From the NCBI RefSeq assembly GCF_009914755.1, contig NC_060934.1: a DNA stretch of 64,000 nucleotides; one strand, written 5' to 3'. Below the pieces are notes generated by a model, which searched no databases, was not told the origin of the DNA, and saw nothing but the letters and a program-made list of their open reading frames with translations. Of the stretch, positions 26,208 through 41,479 are shown piece by piece; the first letter of the stretch is position 1; every line of letters starts with the position of its first letter. A program made the translations under genes and the position numbers. Source of the stretch: the human T2T-CHM13v2.0 reference genome, Homo sapiens.

Positions 26208-29200
26208 AATACTAATAGTCATTTCTGGTTTCCCTTTCTCTCTATTTCTAACAGTGAAAATTGAGTCCATTAGGCTTATTTTTTCCAAAGAAACAGTTTT
26301 CAGTTTTCAAGGATATTAGTAACAAATACCCTCCATAGTCAGACATTAATTTAGTTGGACATATTCTTCTATATTGGCAGTTATTTTCCTTTATCCTTTT
26401 GAAGATATTTCGCTGATTACTGTCATTTATTTTTGCTTTTGCAGAATCTGCTATTGTCTACTTGTTACCGCTTGGTAGCTAACTTGTGTTTTGTCTCTGC
26501 CTGCTTTTAAGATCTCTTTTGTCTTTGTTTCGTTCTGCAGTTTCTGCTACAATGTAGCTCATTGTGGATCTATACTAATCTTCATTCCTCCTTGTCTCAA
26601 AGTAACCATATATTTAATGAATTCTTGGTAATGTATAGGCATATATCATTAAATAATGCCAATTTATAATTCTATTCTCTTTCAGAAATTTATATTAAAC
26701 GTGTTGAATTTTTTGTTTGTTTTATGCTCTCTGTTTCTTAACTTTATGCCTATCCTCTTATACAACTGCATTCTAAATTGTTTCCTTAAACCTGTCTTTC
26801 AGATCATTGATTATGCTTCAACTTTGTCTGAACAGCTGTTTCACCTATCCATGGAGTTTTTGGTTCAATTGCTATAGTTTTTATTTCTAGATGATGTATT
26901 GTTTTAATACATATTTTTCTTTTCATATAGTATTTATGCCCTTTAGTCTTAGTCACTTAAAACATGTTAGATAATCTGTTCTTTTGTTCATTTATCCAAA
27001 CTTCTTAGGGTCCAAAGTCCCATATTTATTGTTTCTGGTGATGCAGTTCTTCTCATGACAGATTGTTTCTGCATGAAATTTGTAATTTGGGATTATGAGC
27101 TCATCTTCAATGGGGAATACTGTATACAAATATGTAGCCAGATTGGATATAGCTAGCCCTTCAGAGACATTTTGAATTTGCTTTTAATTCATGTCCTAAG
27201 TGAATCCTTAGGCTAATTTCTTAATTCAGTTATTCCTGAACCACCCACATAGCCCTGGTTATAAATTCTGAGTGATACTGTCTCTTCCCTTCACTTGGCA
27301 TCTAGATAGAAACAGATAGGCATCATTATGGTGCCCATTTATTTGGACACTTTTCACTATCCTCTTATGTCCACTACATAAGAATCTAAACCTAAGCTTC
27401 TAGGTCACTGAGACCCATTAAGTCCCCTTAATGCAGATCAATATCAGTTTGTATCTTACCACACTGCTCTTAGGTCTCTGTACCTTACACCTGGGTCTCT
27501 CTTTTTGTTTGCTTTCTCTCTTTCTCTTTTTGCAAGTCCAATAAAACACTTGAAAAAATGTCTTTTTGTCAGTTATTTCTAAGTGGTTATAGTAGGAAAG
27601 TTATCAGGTTCTTTAAGAAAAAGAAAAAGCAGAACAAGAAGTTCTACTTTGACCTTTTGACCTAAAACAAATCATATTCTCCATGCAAAACTTTCCTGCT
27701 AGCTTCTGTCCAAATGTAGACTGTCCAAAAACCAGCTTGAAAAGTATTAAACTAATGTAACCCTGAATGCCTTACAGTATAACCTTTGGGGATTTGTGTT
27801 CCTTTGGACTTTTAAAATAAATGCAGCCACAGCCTGGTGTGTTGAGAAAAGATAGGGTGGGGTTGGGGAGGGTTTATATCCTACCTTGAAAAAATTTTCA
27901 GGGAGTATATTGCAGAGAAACAGAGTATTTTCTGAAATCGTGCAAATGTCTTTTGCTTTTCCTTATTGAGAGACTAGAAGAGACTTTTTAAAAGTTATAA
28001 TAAAAGTCCAAAGCCCTTTCTATCCCTGGAATCCTATGATTTTTCTACTGCCTTGAGACATGTTCCTGACAAATCCTTTTACAGCCGGTGTACAGCTTTG
28101 TAATCAAATTCTGAGTATCAAAGTAGTCCAAGATTTTCACAATGCACTCCAGTTTTTCTTTCTGCTACTCACCATAGGACCCCAGCAGCTTTACAGATAT
28201 GATGGGGACTCTATTCTCTGCTGTTAATGCTTCTCAGATCTCATTGTCCACATAATTTTTATGACATGTCAAAGAGTACATTAGCAAACAAAATAATTAG
28301 TTGATTAAAAAGAATGTAAGTTATCGAATATTGTATAACATGACATATTTCACAATACCCACTGTTGGAAACTTTTATTACTTCCTTTGAACATCCTGTA
28401 ATTTTGAAATGTTTTGCCCTAAAATTCTCTTTGGAAGCAACATGTTAGTAATAAGTCAGCAATAAGACACAATTGGAATAAAAACAAAGAATTCACACAC
28501 ATACAAAAAGAACAATATTGCAAATATTCTTCTCATACTCAATACCCAAAGTTATTTCTGAAGCCTCACCAAATTATTTTAGATTAAGTATCTACAACAA
28601 ATTATTTTTTAAAATCCATCCTTTGCTGAATTTTATTCTGTGTTTGGATTGAGGCGGAGTCTGTTGTTAGCTGCATGATGAGAGCGGAGACGCTGAATCT
28701 TTTTATTTTCTTAATTAAGAATTACCATCTCAGGCCCTGGTCAGTGGTTTACAATGGCAATAATCTCTTCCAAAACAGTTGTTAGTCTGGATCCTAAGGG
28801 ATTTGCCAGAACATTAACCTCAATTCGACCCCTCATGGTTGCAGGAGGAGGATGCAAGGGTCAATAATCATTTTTAGAAAATTATCAAGCCTGGGTTGCA
28901 CCCTAGATTATGTAACTTGCTTTAAAAATAATGATAATGTGTTTGTCATTTTAAATAACTGGGATCAGCAAAGCTAATGAAAATGTTTAAATCCTTATCA
29001 GTTGGAATGAATAGGGCTGGCTCCAGAAAGTGCTGACTTCAACATTTTTGCGCTGCCTTTGTTGATCCTGTCTGCTGATGCACACGACCTATTGATGTGC
29101 AGCTTCGCATGCCATGGGGACTCATTCATCCATGTTAGAAGTGAAAGGGGCTTCCGGGCCTCTACATGTGCTGTGGCACATTCCTCTGGTTCTCTAACAA

Positions 29201-30711
29201 AGCTTTTAATTGACGTCTGTGACTAATGAGCATGAAGTCCCAGGAGAAATGGAGCACAGTCTTCTACCACCCATTAAGACGAGCTGCAAGTTCATAGTTT
29301 ATCAAGCTTGAACTGGGAGCAGGCAGGGCCAAAGACTTGAGATAAATAAGAATGAATAGTTTCATTTTCTACTTTCATAAACTGGCATTAATAATTCTTA
29401 GCTAAAGTACATTGCATTTTTAGTGTTATTACCTAAGCTCTCGTAGCCAAGGCCCTCAATGGCCCTGTTAAAGGCTGCATACCTCTTTTCAAGAGAATCA
29501 GAATTAACCCTACTTCAGCTAAAGTTTAGTCGGAGTGCATTTCCCTAACAAAGAAATATTTTCCCTCTTTGTATAGGGTAGTAATCCTTTCTCACCTGAA
29601 GTCATATGGGATGAAGTAAATGCTGGAAGTGGGCCATATTGAGCTAGGCAGAAAGGTACTAACCTCCTACTATGTACAGAAAATGCTGATGCAGATAGTT
29701 CTACCCGAAGGTTTTTGTTATCTTTGTCTTTTAATTTATACTTTCAATTATGTGCCTTACTGCAGTGTAATAGAGTCATTATGTGGATTAGAGGAGAGCC
29801 AGGATGAAAAACTTATAAGTCATTACCTGTTATTTATTGTATCTACTCAAGGGCATCAGAGAAATAACATCATTAGAATTAGTAAATTGCTAAAATCAGG
29901 GGTAGGAGTTATACTTACTCCCTAAGATCTTAGCATTAATGTTTGAAAGGACACTTGTAGGTCTCATTTGGTCATTGGTATATTATAGACTTCATACTTC
30001 TAAGTGGCATAAGTGAGTATAAATATATATTCAATAAATAATTCAAATGTCTTTAAAGTATATAATCATTAATTTTTAACTCTAGAACAGTTATACTTCA
30101 TAATCAATAGGACTCCTGCCACTCTCATGATTAATCTTGATTTTAAACAGCCTACCATATGACTCTGCTACTGTATGACACCTCCCTACCATATGACTCT
30201 GTTATCTCTTGTCCTATATCTCTGTATCTGATCATTTCAACTAATCTATTTCAGTTACTTTATAATTGCCTCTTACCCATTCCTAGAAACTTGATGTGAA
30301 TTCCCTTTCCTCCTGTCCAGTGGACCATCCACTTCTCAGTTTTTCACAGAGTTCTTTTTTTCTTTATTCTTTTTATGCCATTCCATTGACTTATTATTAT
30401 TTTGATTAAGATTCATGATCTTAGGCCTCATGTGTCTCTCATGATCAAGGGCCAGATTCATGATCATAGGCTGCATGTGTCTCTGCCCACATCCCCTGTC
30501 CCGCATAACCTTTGACTTCCTGTACCCCCTTCCTCCTTTCCTAATAAGACCTTCATCCTTAGTATATGCATATTCTTCAGAAACTTGTTCACCATTTGCT
30601 TCTGCCATCTCTCACAGAAAAACCTTTTTACTCACATCCTTTCCTCCTTCAGTGTACAAGTTATAACTCAACCTTTCAATGAAAACTTCCTAGATTGGGC
30701 TATTGGGTTAT

Positions 30712-30810
30712 TATTATTATTATTAATTTAGAGACAGAGTTTCACTCTGTCTCCCAGGCTGGAGCGCAATGGCGCAATCATAGTTCACTGCAACCTCAAG
30801 CTCCTGGGCT
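30712..30810 (-). mobile_element. 5'-truncated AluJ right-arm fragment
   Basis: gagacagagtttcactctgtctcccaggctgg...ctcctggg; TSD gggcta(t/c)tgggttatt. Confidence 0.88.
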
Positions 30811-32444
30811 ACTGGGTTATTTGAAGTGCTACTAGCTTCAAATGTATTATATATAACTCAAGCATCACGATTTCCTATGTAAAAACATGTGTGATTGGCA
30901 TGCATTGGGCATGCCATGTTTTATTATTTTCCTGGAACCAGATTATAGGCTATTTTAAGGCAGTTATGAAGTTTCATGTCCTGTAGCATCTTTTTGTGTG
31001 CATCAATGAATCCTTACTTTGCATAATCCGTATCAAAGCAGTTAATGATGATGGTAGTATCCAACTCCATATGTAAAATGAACTAGCAAATGTATGCCTG
31101 GAATATAGAGTTGATAGAGTACTATGGAGTTCCTGCATTCTTAATTGAAAAAATGTCAAGAAATAAATATCCAGGAACTATCCCAAACAGATGTATTATT
31201 CAGCTGCTCATAAAAATCAGAATAATGCCGATTGGAATTACCTTTTCATGCACCTCATGACTCCCATATAGTAAGTTCTCAATAACTATCAAATTTACTG
31301 TGATTGGAATATGTGTTCAGTACCATATAATTCGTCACCATCATTAACTTTTCCAGCAACTTCTTTATAAAATCTCTGGCTATCTTATGGTTACCTCTAG
31401 ATTTCAAAGGCCAATTGGTAGACATGACTTTAAACTGACGCCTTTTAATCTATGGGCACAAGCCTCTAACTTTCCTTGGTATACTTAAAAGATAAAAATT
31501 TAAAGTTTGTAAAGATTGGTGAGATAGTGATTACAGTTCTTCCTCCAGGGGGAATAAAAATACATATCTTTAGATTACTACATAAATGATTTAGTTAAAG
31601 AATTATTACAGCTCAGCATTACTGAATATTGAAACATACTTGTTGAAGATATGAAATCACTTTCCTTCTATTTTATTAAAAATAGCATTAACATACTGAG
31701 ATCCAAGGTGGATTTGAAGACTATTTTAAACTCTTCAGACCTAGGATTTTACATTCATCCATAATAGCTCTGCTGTTCTTCGATTACGTGGTGTTTCTTT
31801 CGAGGTATTTTTAACCTGGGAACACTGAAGCAAAGATGTTCAAATTCAACCTTGGAGCTTCATCTCTTTCACCAACAACATTTACCCATCCTGTGTTATT
31901 TAAAGGCCAAATGGAACCGTTATTTTGAAAATCTGAAAAGAATGTCAGAATGAACACAATATGGAGAAAACATTTTCACAAAAATAGTGATTCCAAGTCT
32001 TGTAATTTAATATGCATGGTTGAATGAACTTATCTTTCTCCTACTCCACAAATACAGCCTACCATATCCTGAACTGCAGCCCTTTGGAAAAGAGACAAGT
32101 CTGTAAGTTAGCGTCCCATAATTATGCCCGCTGTACATCTTTATATCCCATAACAATTTTCTAATTAAAAATGAATTATTTGCCTACAGGCCCGAGAAAA
32201 TGATAAAAAGAAGGAAATAATTGTTCTAAGTTTCTTTGAACTAAAAATGAAATCATTTAATCCAAAAAGAATGATGAAATGCATTTTAGTGGGGGCATGG
32301 AAACTATCATAGAAAGGAATAGATTGTGTACCTGGAAGCTGAGGAAATAAACTTTTGGCATGTTCTCTGGGGAGTTAATAAAAAGTTCCTCGAAGAATTT
32401 CCTTAGCTTGATTTTAGAAGTGTATCATTAGAGTCTAGCCCTCT

Positions 32445-32859
32445 GTGTTAGTAGACATAATCACCATAAACAATCTCCACGTTTCAGTGACTTCTCACTA
32501 TAAAAGTGTGGTTATTACACACAGCATAGTTCAATGATGGTCCGATGAATACAGCATGAGGTTCTGCTCCATGCACTCATTCAGGGACCCAAGCTACTTA
32601 TAACATATGGCTTTGCTATTTTGAGGGCCCCCACCTTCTCTGCCTGCAGTCCACCCATGGTAGAAAATCACGAAGGACTGCCTGGGAGGTCTTCTGGGTC
32701 CAGACTTGACAGTGATGTACCTCACTTCTGCCTTCATCCCATTGGCTGGAACTCAGTCACACAGTCCCACCTAACTGCAAGGGAGGCTGAAAAATGTAAC
32801 CCAGCTGGCTGAAAGACGAAAAAAAAATAGGATTTGATGAACACAGAGCAGTCTGTCAC
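32445..32859 (-). mobile_element. MLT1J-like MaLR LTR
   Basis: tcacttctgccttcatcccattggctggaactcagtcaca...cctaactgcaagggaggctg...ctgtcaca. Confidence 0.75.
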
Positions 32860-33833
32860 ATCATCAATAATTTTGAGTTGGAGTTAATAAGGTGTGTGAA
32901 AAAATAGCCCTGTGGTTGGTCCTGAATGCCAGTCGCTGTAAGAAAATACAAGACCAAGTGTGTCCATTTCAGAGAGCTATAGCTACATATTGCCTATGAG
33001 AGAACATGCTCAATTTTAGAGGCTACGAGGAATATAAGATGAATCGGACATTGTCTCTGCCCTCCGGCAGGACCCAGTCTTCTAAAGGAGCAGTTTCTCT
33101 GTAAACTGTTTTCTAGCTGTGCACCGGGATGTTAAATTGAAAATTTCTACTGAGGCCCAGTTCTAATAGATATGAAATTCCAAAGTGAGGTACCAGACCA
33201 AGGTGCCAATTTCCAGCGGAATATCAAGAATGGGTTCTATACATGAAACATTTGTCAGCATAAAGAGGATATATGGCCCCCAAGAGTGAAGGTTAAGAGA
33301 GGATTTCGTGAGGATAATTTCTATTTTCAAAAAGACACCGGATGAGGCTGGGGGGCTGTCTGCCGCCTCACCTAAATGCTAAGAAGACTGACTTCAACAG
33401 TACCATTTTGAGAACTTGACACATACCTCCTGGAGCTGGAAGAGGGTAGATGTGGATTGATGACTCAAACATGAGAAATCTGGAGGAAGTTACACCCTAA
33501 CTGGCTAGTTATTCAGATGGCAAGAGCAAAGGAAAGTTGTTGCTGGTTGAAATCAGCCAGCAGGAGCTTGTTTCTTAGAAGAATGAGGATGCATCTAATA
33601 TGGCCACTGAGAGAAAAAAAAAAAAATGGAACCTCAGGAGAGAAAACCTTTAAGTGGAGCCTAGATCCCTAGGGGCTGAGAAAGAAGCAACCAGCTGAAT
33701 TCAGACTGCTTGCTTAACAAGAATGAAAAGAGTAGGAGAATCTCTGAGGAACCCGCACAAAGTAGTCTTAGAGAAAGGATCAGTGTTAAATATTGGTTAA
33801 GCTGTCATGATTCTATTAGTCAAAAAAGATCTT

Positions 33834-34161
<328 letters not shown>

Positions 34162-34589
34162 TTACTTCAACCCTGGGGATGGAAGCTGATCAAAACAGCA
34201 ACTAGTGAGTGAAGGAGAATGGACATAGACAGAAAGAGACAGCCAAACATATTCTTTATATTGAAGACACCCATTTGCCTGTGGGCAGCCATGGCTGTAA
34301 AATGATGAAATGTTAGCTTTCAGTGATGATTCAGGTGCTAATGAATATTGGGCTGGACATCCATCCTAATTTCTGAAATCAGACTGTGTTTTGTAACCTA
34401 CTGTGAAAATAGAACTTTTTCTTAACTAGGAGTGGTCAGAAAATAGTAGTTTTCATCAGAGGCAGGAGAAAGAGCTAACCAACCCCTTGGATCAGGCTTA
34501 GAGGAACAATGACAGGCAAAAGCAACATTCTTTTATGACTCTTGCTGACACAGCTGATTTGTACAATATGATGTTTGCCTTTGAATTCT

Positions 34590-34900
34590 GGGAAAGTGCT
34601 CCAGGAGAAGTACAAATAAAGTACTCTGGGAGGTGAAATAGACGTCATTTGCTTCTAGCTAGAGTACAAGGGTGTTTAAGGAAGGGCTTCATGGAGATGA
34701 AGGTGTATGCACCAGACCTTAAAGATAAAGGGATTTAGATGTGCAGAGATTTGGGATGGGCTAGTGGAGGAGAGGTGGCTGATGGTGCATTGTTAAGGGC
34801 ATTTTAGCAGAGCAAACATAAAAAGGTAAGGAGACAGAAAAACATAGCAGATGCAGGTAGGAGAGCAATTAGTTCCATTTGGCTGAAGCCAAGCATGGGG
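34590..34900 (-). mobile_element. L2 fragment
   Basis: aaggaagggcttcatggagatgaagg...agaccttaaagataaagggatttag. Confidence 0.55.
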
Positions 34901-35124
34901 CAATAATTAAAATTAAGGTAGAAAGTGTTGGCTTCCAGCTTGGGCAAAAGCATAAGATATGCTTGAAACCTCAGCAGGTTGTCTGCACAAAAGGCAAGGT
35001 ATCTGGGACTAGGTAATAAGGGCAAAAGGAGAACCTTGTAGTTGCGCTGACCTTCACAGTAGGTAGTCAGATGTCTAGTTTACAGTATCCATAGTGTCCA
35101 TGGAGGTATTGGGTATTAATTAAT

Positions 35125-35419
<295 letters not shown>

Positions 35420-35599
35420 GAGGCATTAATTTTTATCTAATTGATATCCAAGCAGGCTGATGTGATAGGTTAGGTGTGAAAACAAGGAAGTGTAAGCAGT
35501 GGGATGATAAATTCAGTAAGTTGTGCTTGAAGGTAGTACCCTCAGCTTGGAGTAAGTTTGGGAGTCAAATTTCTATAGATAGGAGAAGTTCCTTTTCTG

Positions 35600-35690
35600 A
35601 CAGGCAGCTCCTACATTCTGTGACCTCCAACAAGTAATTTGACTTCCCTGAACTCCTGTTTCTTCATCTGTAAGGTGGTAATAATAACAT
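35600..35690 (+). mobile_element. MIR core fragment
   Basis: ctgtgacctccaacaagtaatttgacttccctgaactcctgtttcttcatctgtaag. Confidence 0.7.
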
Positions 35691-37055
35691 ATAATAAAAC
35701 AATCCACACACTCCCTTCTCTTTCCTCCAAGAGGAGAAGGAGGATGGAGATTCCAAGCAGCGGGCTGCCACACCAGTGATGGTCCCCGTCTCAGCAAGGG
35801 ATCTGGAGGAAAAATCAGGAAGATGAGACAGATGTTCTGTTTCATGAACAGAATGAGTGGAAGTTGGGGGAAGACTTTAAGTCAGTGAGTTTTAGCTCCC
35901 GTAAATACCAAGCTTACATCAAGAAGCACCCACCCTCTGCCAGTTCCGTCTCTGCTTGCCTCCGCTGGGATTGGCGTGGGGACTGGGCGGGGCTGAGTTT
36001 GCAGGTTCCCAGTCCTCTGTGTCTAAAGTGCTCAGGGAGGCAGAAATAAAATGGATAATGGGGAGGAGACATGCCAGCCAAAAGGGCTTGAATGTTATTC
36101 CGGTGTGATCACAGGTTTTTAAGGAGGACAGAGCTAGAGGAGGGGAGAGAGCTGACACCTGACATATCGGTCCATGCAGCGTGGAGAGGAGATGGCAAGG
36201 TGAGCAAGGGGTGGGACATTCAAGTTAGATGAAACAGCACAGACCTAGGCCTGAAGGCAGAAAGGATTGGCAAGACGCAGGAGACAGGGACTGTAGTCCC
36301 AGCTCTGCTGCGAAGCTTTCTGAGTTGTGGTTTCTCCGTGTATCAAATAGGTTCTAAGTGACACCTCACTTATTTAGAGGCTGCAATTTGAAATCTCATC
36401 TATCCAAAATTCAGGCAGACATATAAGTAAGTAAAAACTGTCTCTGGGCATTCTGTATAGGTATTACAACTTTCATGCTGAAAACAGGAGACAGAACTTT
36501 TCTCCAGCTTCTTCTTCAATAGCTACATACCTAGTTTGGAGACAATTTTAACATTTGACATTCTAATTACTCTTCCCAGAGAAGTGAAGATTTTGCAAAG
36601 AAAGAGGGGTATTAGAGTATGAGATTCAGGCATGAGAGAAGGGCCCACTCTAAGGAGGAGATAAAAGGAAGCAAAGGAATTATTTTCAAAATAGCAATAT
36701 GGATCCATTCGGCATCGGGACAAAGAATATCCACATCTCTGTATGCTCTGGAGGTCTATGCATATTTGTGCTATAGTTTCTGGCATCTTCAAACATAATG
36801 AGTAATTGATGCTTGCAAAGATACTTCTGAGTCATCAAAAAATGGATAAATTATATCCAGAAGTCTCGATTTCTAAAGAGGAAGGGGAGGGGAGTGGAAT
36901 TTTTTAAATTCTAGTTGAGATTATTAGATTTTTTAAACTAGGGATTTTTGAGAGGATAAATTTTCATTAAGTGAACATTTATTTATTCAGTGCTTATCTT
37001 TTATAAGTTATTCTTACTATGATAATGGGACTATAAAATATGAAGGCTACTTTAA

Positions 37056-37075
37056 AAGAGAGAGAGAGAGAGAGA
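37056..37075. repeat. (AG)n microsatellite
   Basis: agagagagagagagagaga. Confidence 0.9.
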
Positions 37076-38499
37076 TACACCGGAACGCGGTCAAATGACT
37101 AGTCATCTTCGAGGGTAGAAACTTACACTGATGATCCCACCTTTGCTGAAAATATTTTTATGATTTGTATTGACTGTCTACATAACCTTTTTTGTGAGTT
37201 TATAGTCATGCAAAGCAACAGCCTCCTGACTTTAGAATCTCACCTGGATATTTACAAGGAAAACCTCCATCTCCAATAACAACATATTTTGAGTCTGGTT
37301 CTTCGAGGAAACATTGACTGAGCATTTAACTAGCCCTTTGCAGTAAGAGGGAGGTTCTGCGTGGTCCTTGAAATTCACTCAGAGTGTAGCTGAATTGTCC
37401 ACGTTATTCACAAGGCTTGTTCTTTTTAGCTGTTTACAAAAGCATTAAGCCTACCCTAAAGGTCAAGATGTTGCTAACATTGAGAAGATTTTTGTTTAAT
37501 ATACAATATACTCTGGCATCAGGGTCCAAAGTAGAGAATCAAAGGTGGCTTGAAAGATGACGGTGTCATTAAAATAAGGTAACTCTTTTGAAGGGATAGC
37601 ACTCATTTAATACGTAAATTCTGACATATTCATGTAAAAACATGCATCATGTGGAATCACATTTGAGAGGACATTGGCAACTATTAATCCCTGTACAAAA
37701 GTAAAAGAATTGTTGACATCATCATCATATTGGAGACTACCTACATGTCAAAAGGCTGCAGAAAGGCAGGTTTGCCTTCACTGCTGTTGGCAAGACCCAT
37801 AGTTCCCCCTGCCCCAGGCAGCCACGTGTGGTGATGACTGAATCCTGCAGAGACCCAATGACTGCAAGTAGGCATGCTCTCACCTGCTCCAAGCCAAATG
37901 CCAGTTTTGCAGCAGGGCATCCCTAGGCCCCCAGGAGATTGCTGTCTTCTTGGTGATCAGAGCAGAGATTGACACTTTGCAGGCATTTTCTGCTGCTGCA
38001 CCAACACTCTTTGGAAGTTCTCACATTTGAGCAAAACTGCTATTCTTGAGATGTCTAGCACCACTAATGTGGGCCAAGAATCAAAACGTTTGCCCAGACT
38101 TTGTTTTAAATTGTTGACCTGAGTTCAATTTTTAAGCAAGGAGTTTTTAAAATAGAGTAGAATCATATTATTACATAAAATGTGACATGCCATTTGTAAC
38201 TCTGCTAGGGTATACCAAGCCTGAACTTGAAAACAATAAAGACACTGCGTTTTATTTGGAAGGTTTTATTATCAAAAATATCCTATTCATTCTAAAAAGT
38301 ATGAAGCGCTAATGCTTAGGTATCTGTTTATTCCCTTATTAAGCTGATGTCATGACATCTTAGTAAAAACACTTCTTTTCTATGCATGCTCTTAAAAAAC
38401 AAGGGTTTAGGTGGACATGTGAGTTCATATTTAATTCTTCCAAATGCACAAAAGAATTTTGTTGGGATATTTTTTGTTGCAAAGGATGGTTGTTTTTCT

Positions 38500-40080
38500 T
38501 TAACTTATTTTAAAATATAAAAATAATGTATTTTTAATGTAGATTTGAAAAATGCAGAAAAATAGAAATTAAGAAAAATGAAAGATAAACACTATGAACG
38601 TATAGTAGCATAAGGTTCTTTCCAACCTTAGTATTATGCGTAGTTTTCTTCTGGACTTTTGGTTTACAGTATTTGGTTGAATTTGGGAGGTTTTTGCTTT
38701 TTGGTTTTGTTTTAGAGGCAGGGTCTTTCTCTGTCACTCAGGCTGGAGTGCCATGGTGCAGTCATGGCTAACTGCAACCTCGAACTGCCAGGCTCAAGCG
38801 ATCCCCCTTATCTCAGCCTCCCAAGTAACTGGGACTACAGGTGCACACCACCACACCTGGGTGGTTTATGTTTTAGAGATGGAGTCTGACTGTGTTTCCC
38901 AGGCTGGTCTTGAACTCCTGGATTCAGCAATCCTCCTGTTTCAGCCTCCCAGAGTGCTGTGATTACAGGCATGAGCCACTGAGCTGGCCTGTATATATTT
39001 TTTCACATACTTGCAATTATTATGTATATGATTAGACTTTTTTCATTAGATTATGTGTTTTTATGTTATTGTAAGCTATTTGTAGACACAGTTTTATTGA
39101 TGATACAGTTTTCTATAAAATGGATATTATATAATCGACTTAGTTAATTTCCTGTGGTTTTAAATTTAGATTTCTTCCATTCATTAACCAAAAAAAAAAA
39201 AACCACTCCAATGAACATTTATATATCACCACTTCCCCCTATCTGGAATTAATTTTTTGACATACAGTCTCAGAAATGTTACTGATCAAAATTGTAATTA
39301 CATTCTTAAGAATCTTCACACACATCCTGAACCCAGTGTCTAAAATGTTTTTTGTTTTGCTTTTTAACCATTTTACAGTTTTATATCAAAGACTTCAGTG
39401 TCGTGAGATTTTATCACTTTTTAAAGCTCATGTGACATTATGGTGTAGCTTCAATGTGCTTTTTAAAATGTTGAATTTTTGTGTCTAATTTTTTAATAAG
39501 GAAAGAAATATATGTATGTCCTTTACATAGGCTCTGAATGTTTTCTTAAAATTGATGTGATCACTGTATTAATAATAGTAAACCTTTGTCATATTTGGGT
39601 GTACATTTTTCCCAAAAGATTTTGGCTTTTTCATTTTATTTTAGTTTTCTGTATAATTATTTGTATCTTTTAAAGAGCAAAATATATTGATTGCTGTTAT
39701 CACTTTTAAGCTTAGGAATTCCTTTAGAGATTTAATATTTACTTCTACTTCCCTAGTTTATTGAATGTTCCCATTTTTAATATATATATTTGGAATTTGG
39801 TTTAGGTATATGCTATAACATATAATTATACATACTCTAACTAGCTAAATAATTATTCCAAAACAATTTACTTTTGTCCATATTGGTGTGTGGTACTTTT
39901 TTTGAGTATATATTGATTTCTCATATATTGTAGATTCTGTTTTGAAATTATCTATGTTGTCTCGATCATCTATATGTCTTTCTGTATCAGTGCCAAAATA
40001 TTCTAATTATTATACCTTTCTATTATATCTCAATATTTGTTAGAGTTTGCCTGCTTCATTCTTACTCTTTTCAATCATGT
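38500..40080 (-). mobile_element. Highly decayed L1ME-type element split by AluJ
   Basis: T-rich antisense L1 motifs (ccaatgaacattt, aaacctttgtcata, atcatctatatgtctttctgtatcagtgcca). Confidence 0.55.
38690..38989 (-). mobile_element. AluJ
   Basis: Diverged dimer with J-type motifs. Confidence 0.9.
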
Positions 40081-40284
40081 TTTCAATTGATCATCTTTGA
40101 GTAAGGGCACAAGTTTGATGGTCTACCCAGTCTAATATACTGGGCCTTCCACGAATTTACTATGTGATATTGAACAACTTACATAATTTATTTTGGCCTT
40201 AATTTTCCTATCTGTGAAATGGAGATGGTCATAATAATATCCATTTTATAGGTTTATTATGAAGATCATCTGATTTAATATATA

Positions 40285-41294
<1,010 letters not shown>

Positions 41295-41479
41295 TATATA
41301 AATTATCTAAAGGCCGTGCTTGACATACCTTTAGTGGTTGCGAACGTTACCTCTTATTAGAATTTGCAAATAGTGATCCTATTGTCTCCTTTGCAATCAT
41401 TATATCTCACTTCTGTGTCATGTCTTATTGCATTGTCAACAGTGTCTAAAACAATATTAAATAATAATTATGGTGCAAG

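Noticed and set aside
37078-37140. Palindrome atgactagtcat and a nearby tgatga (C-box-like)
   Set aside because: No terminal stem or convincing C/D pairing; insufficient for a snoRNA call.
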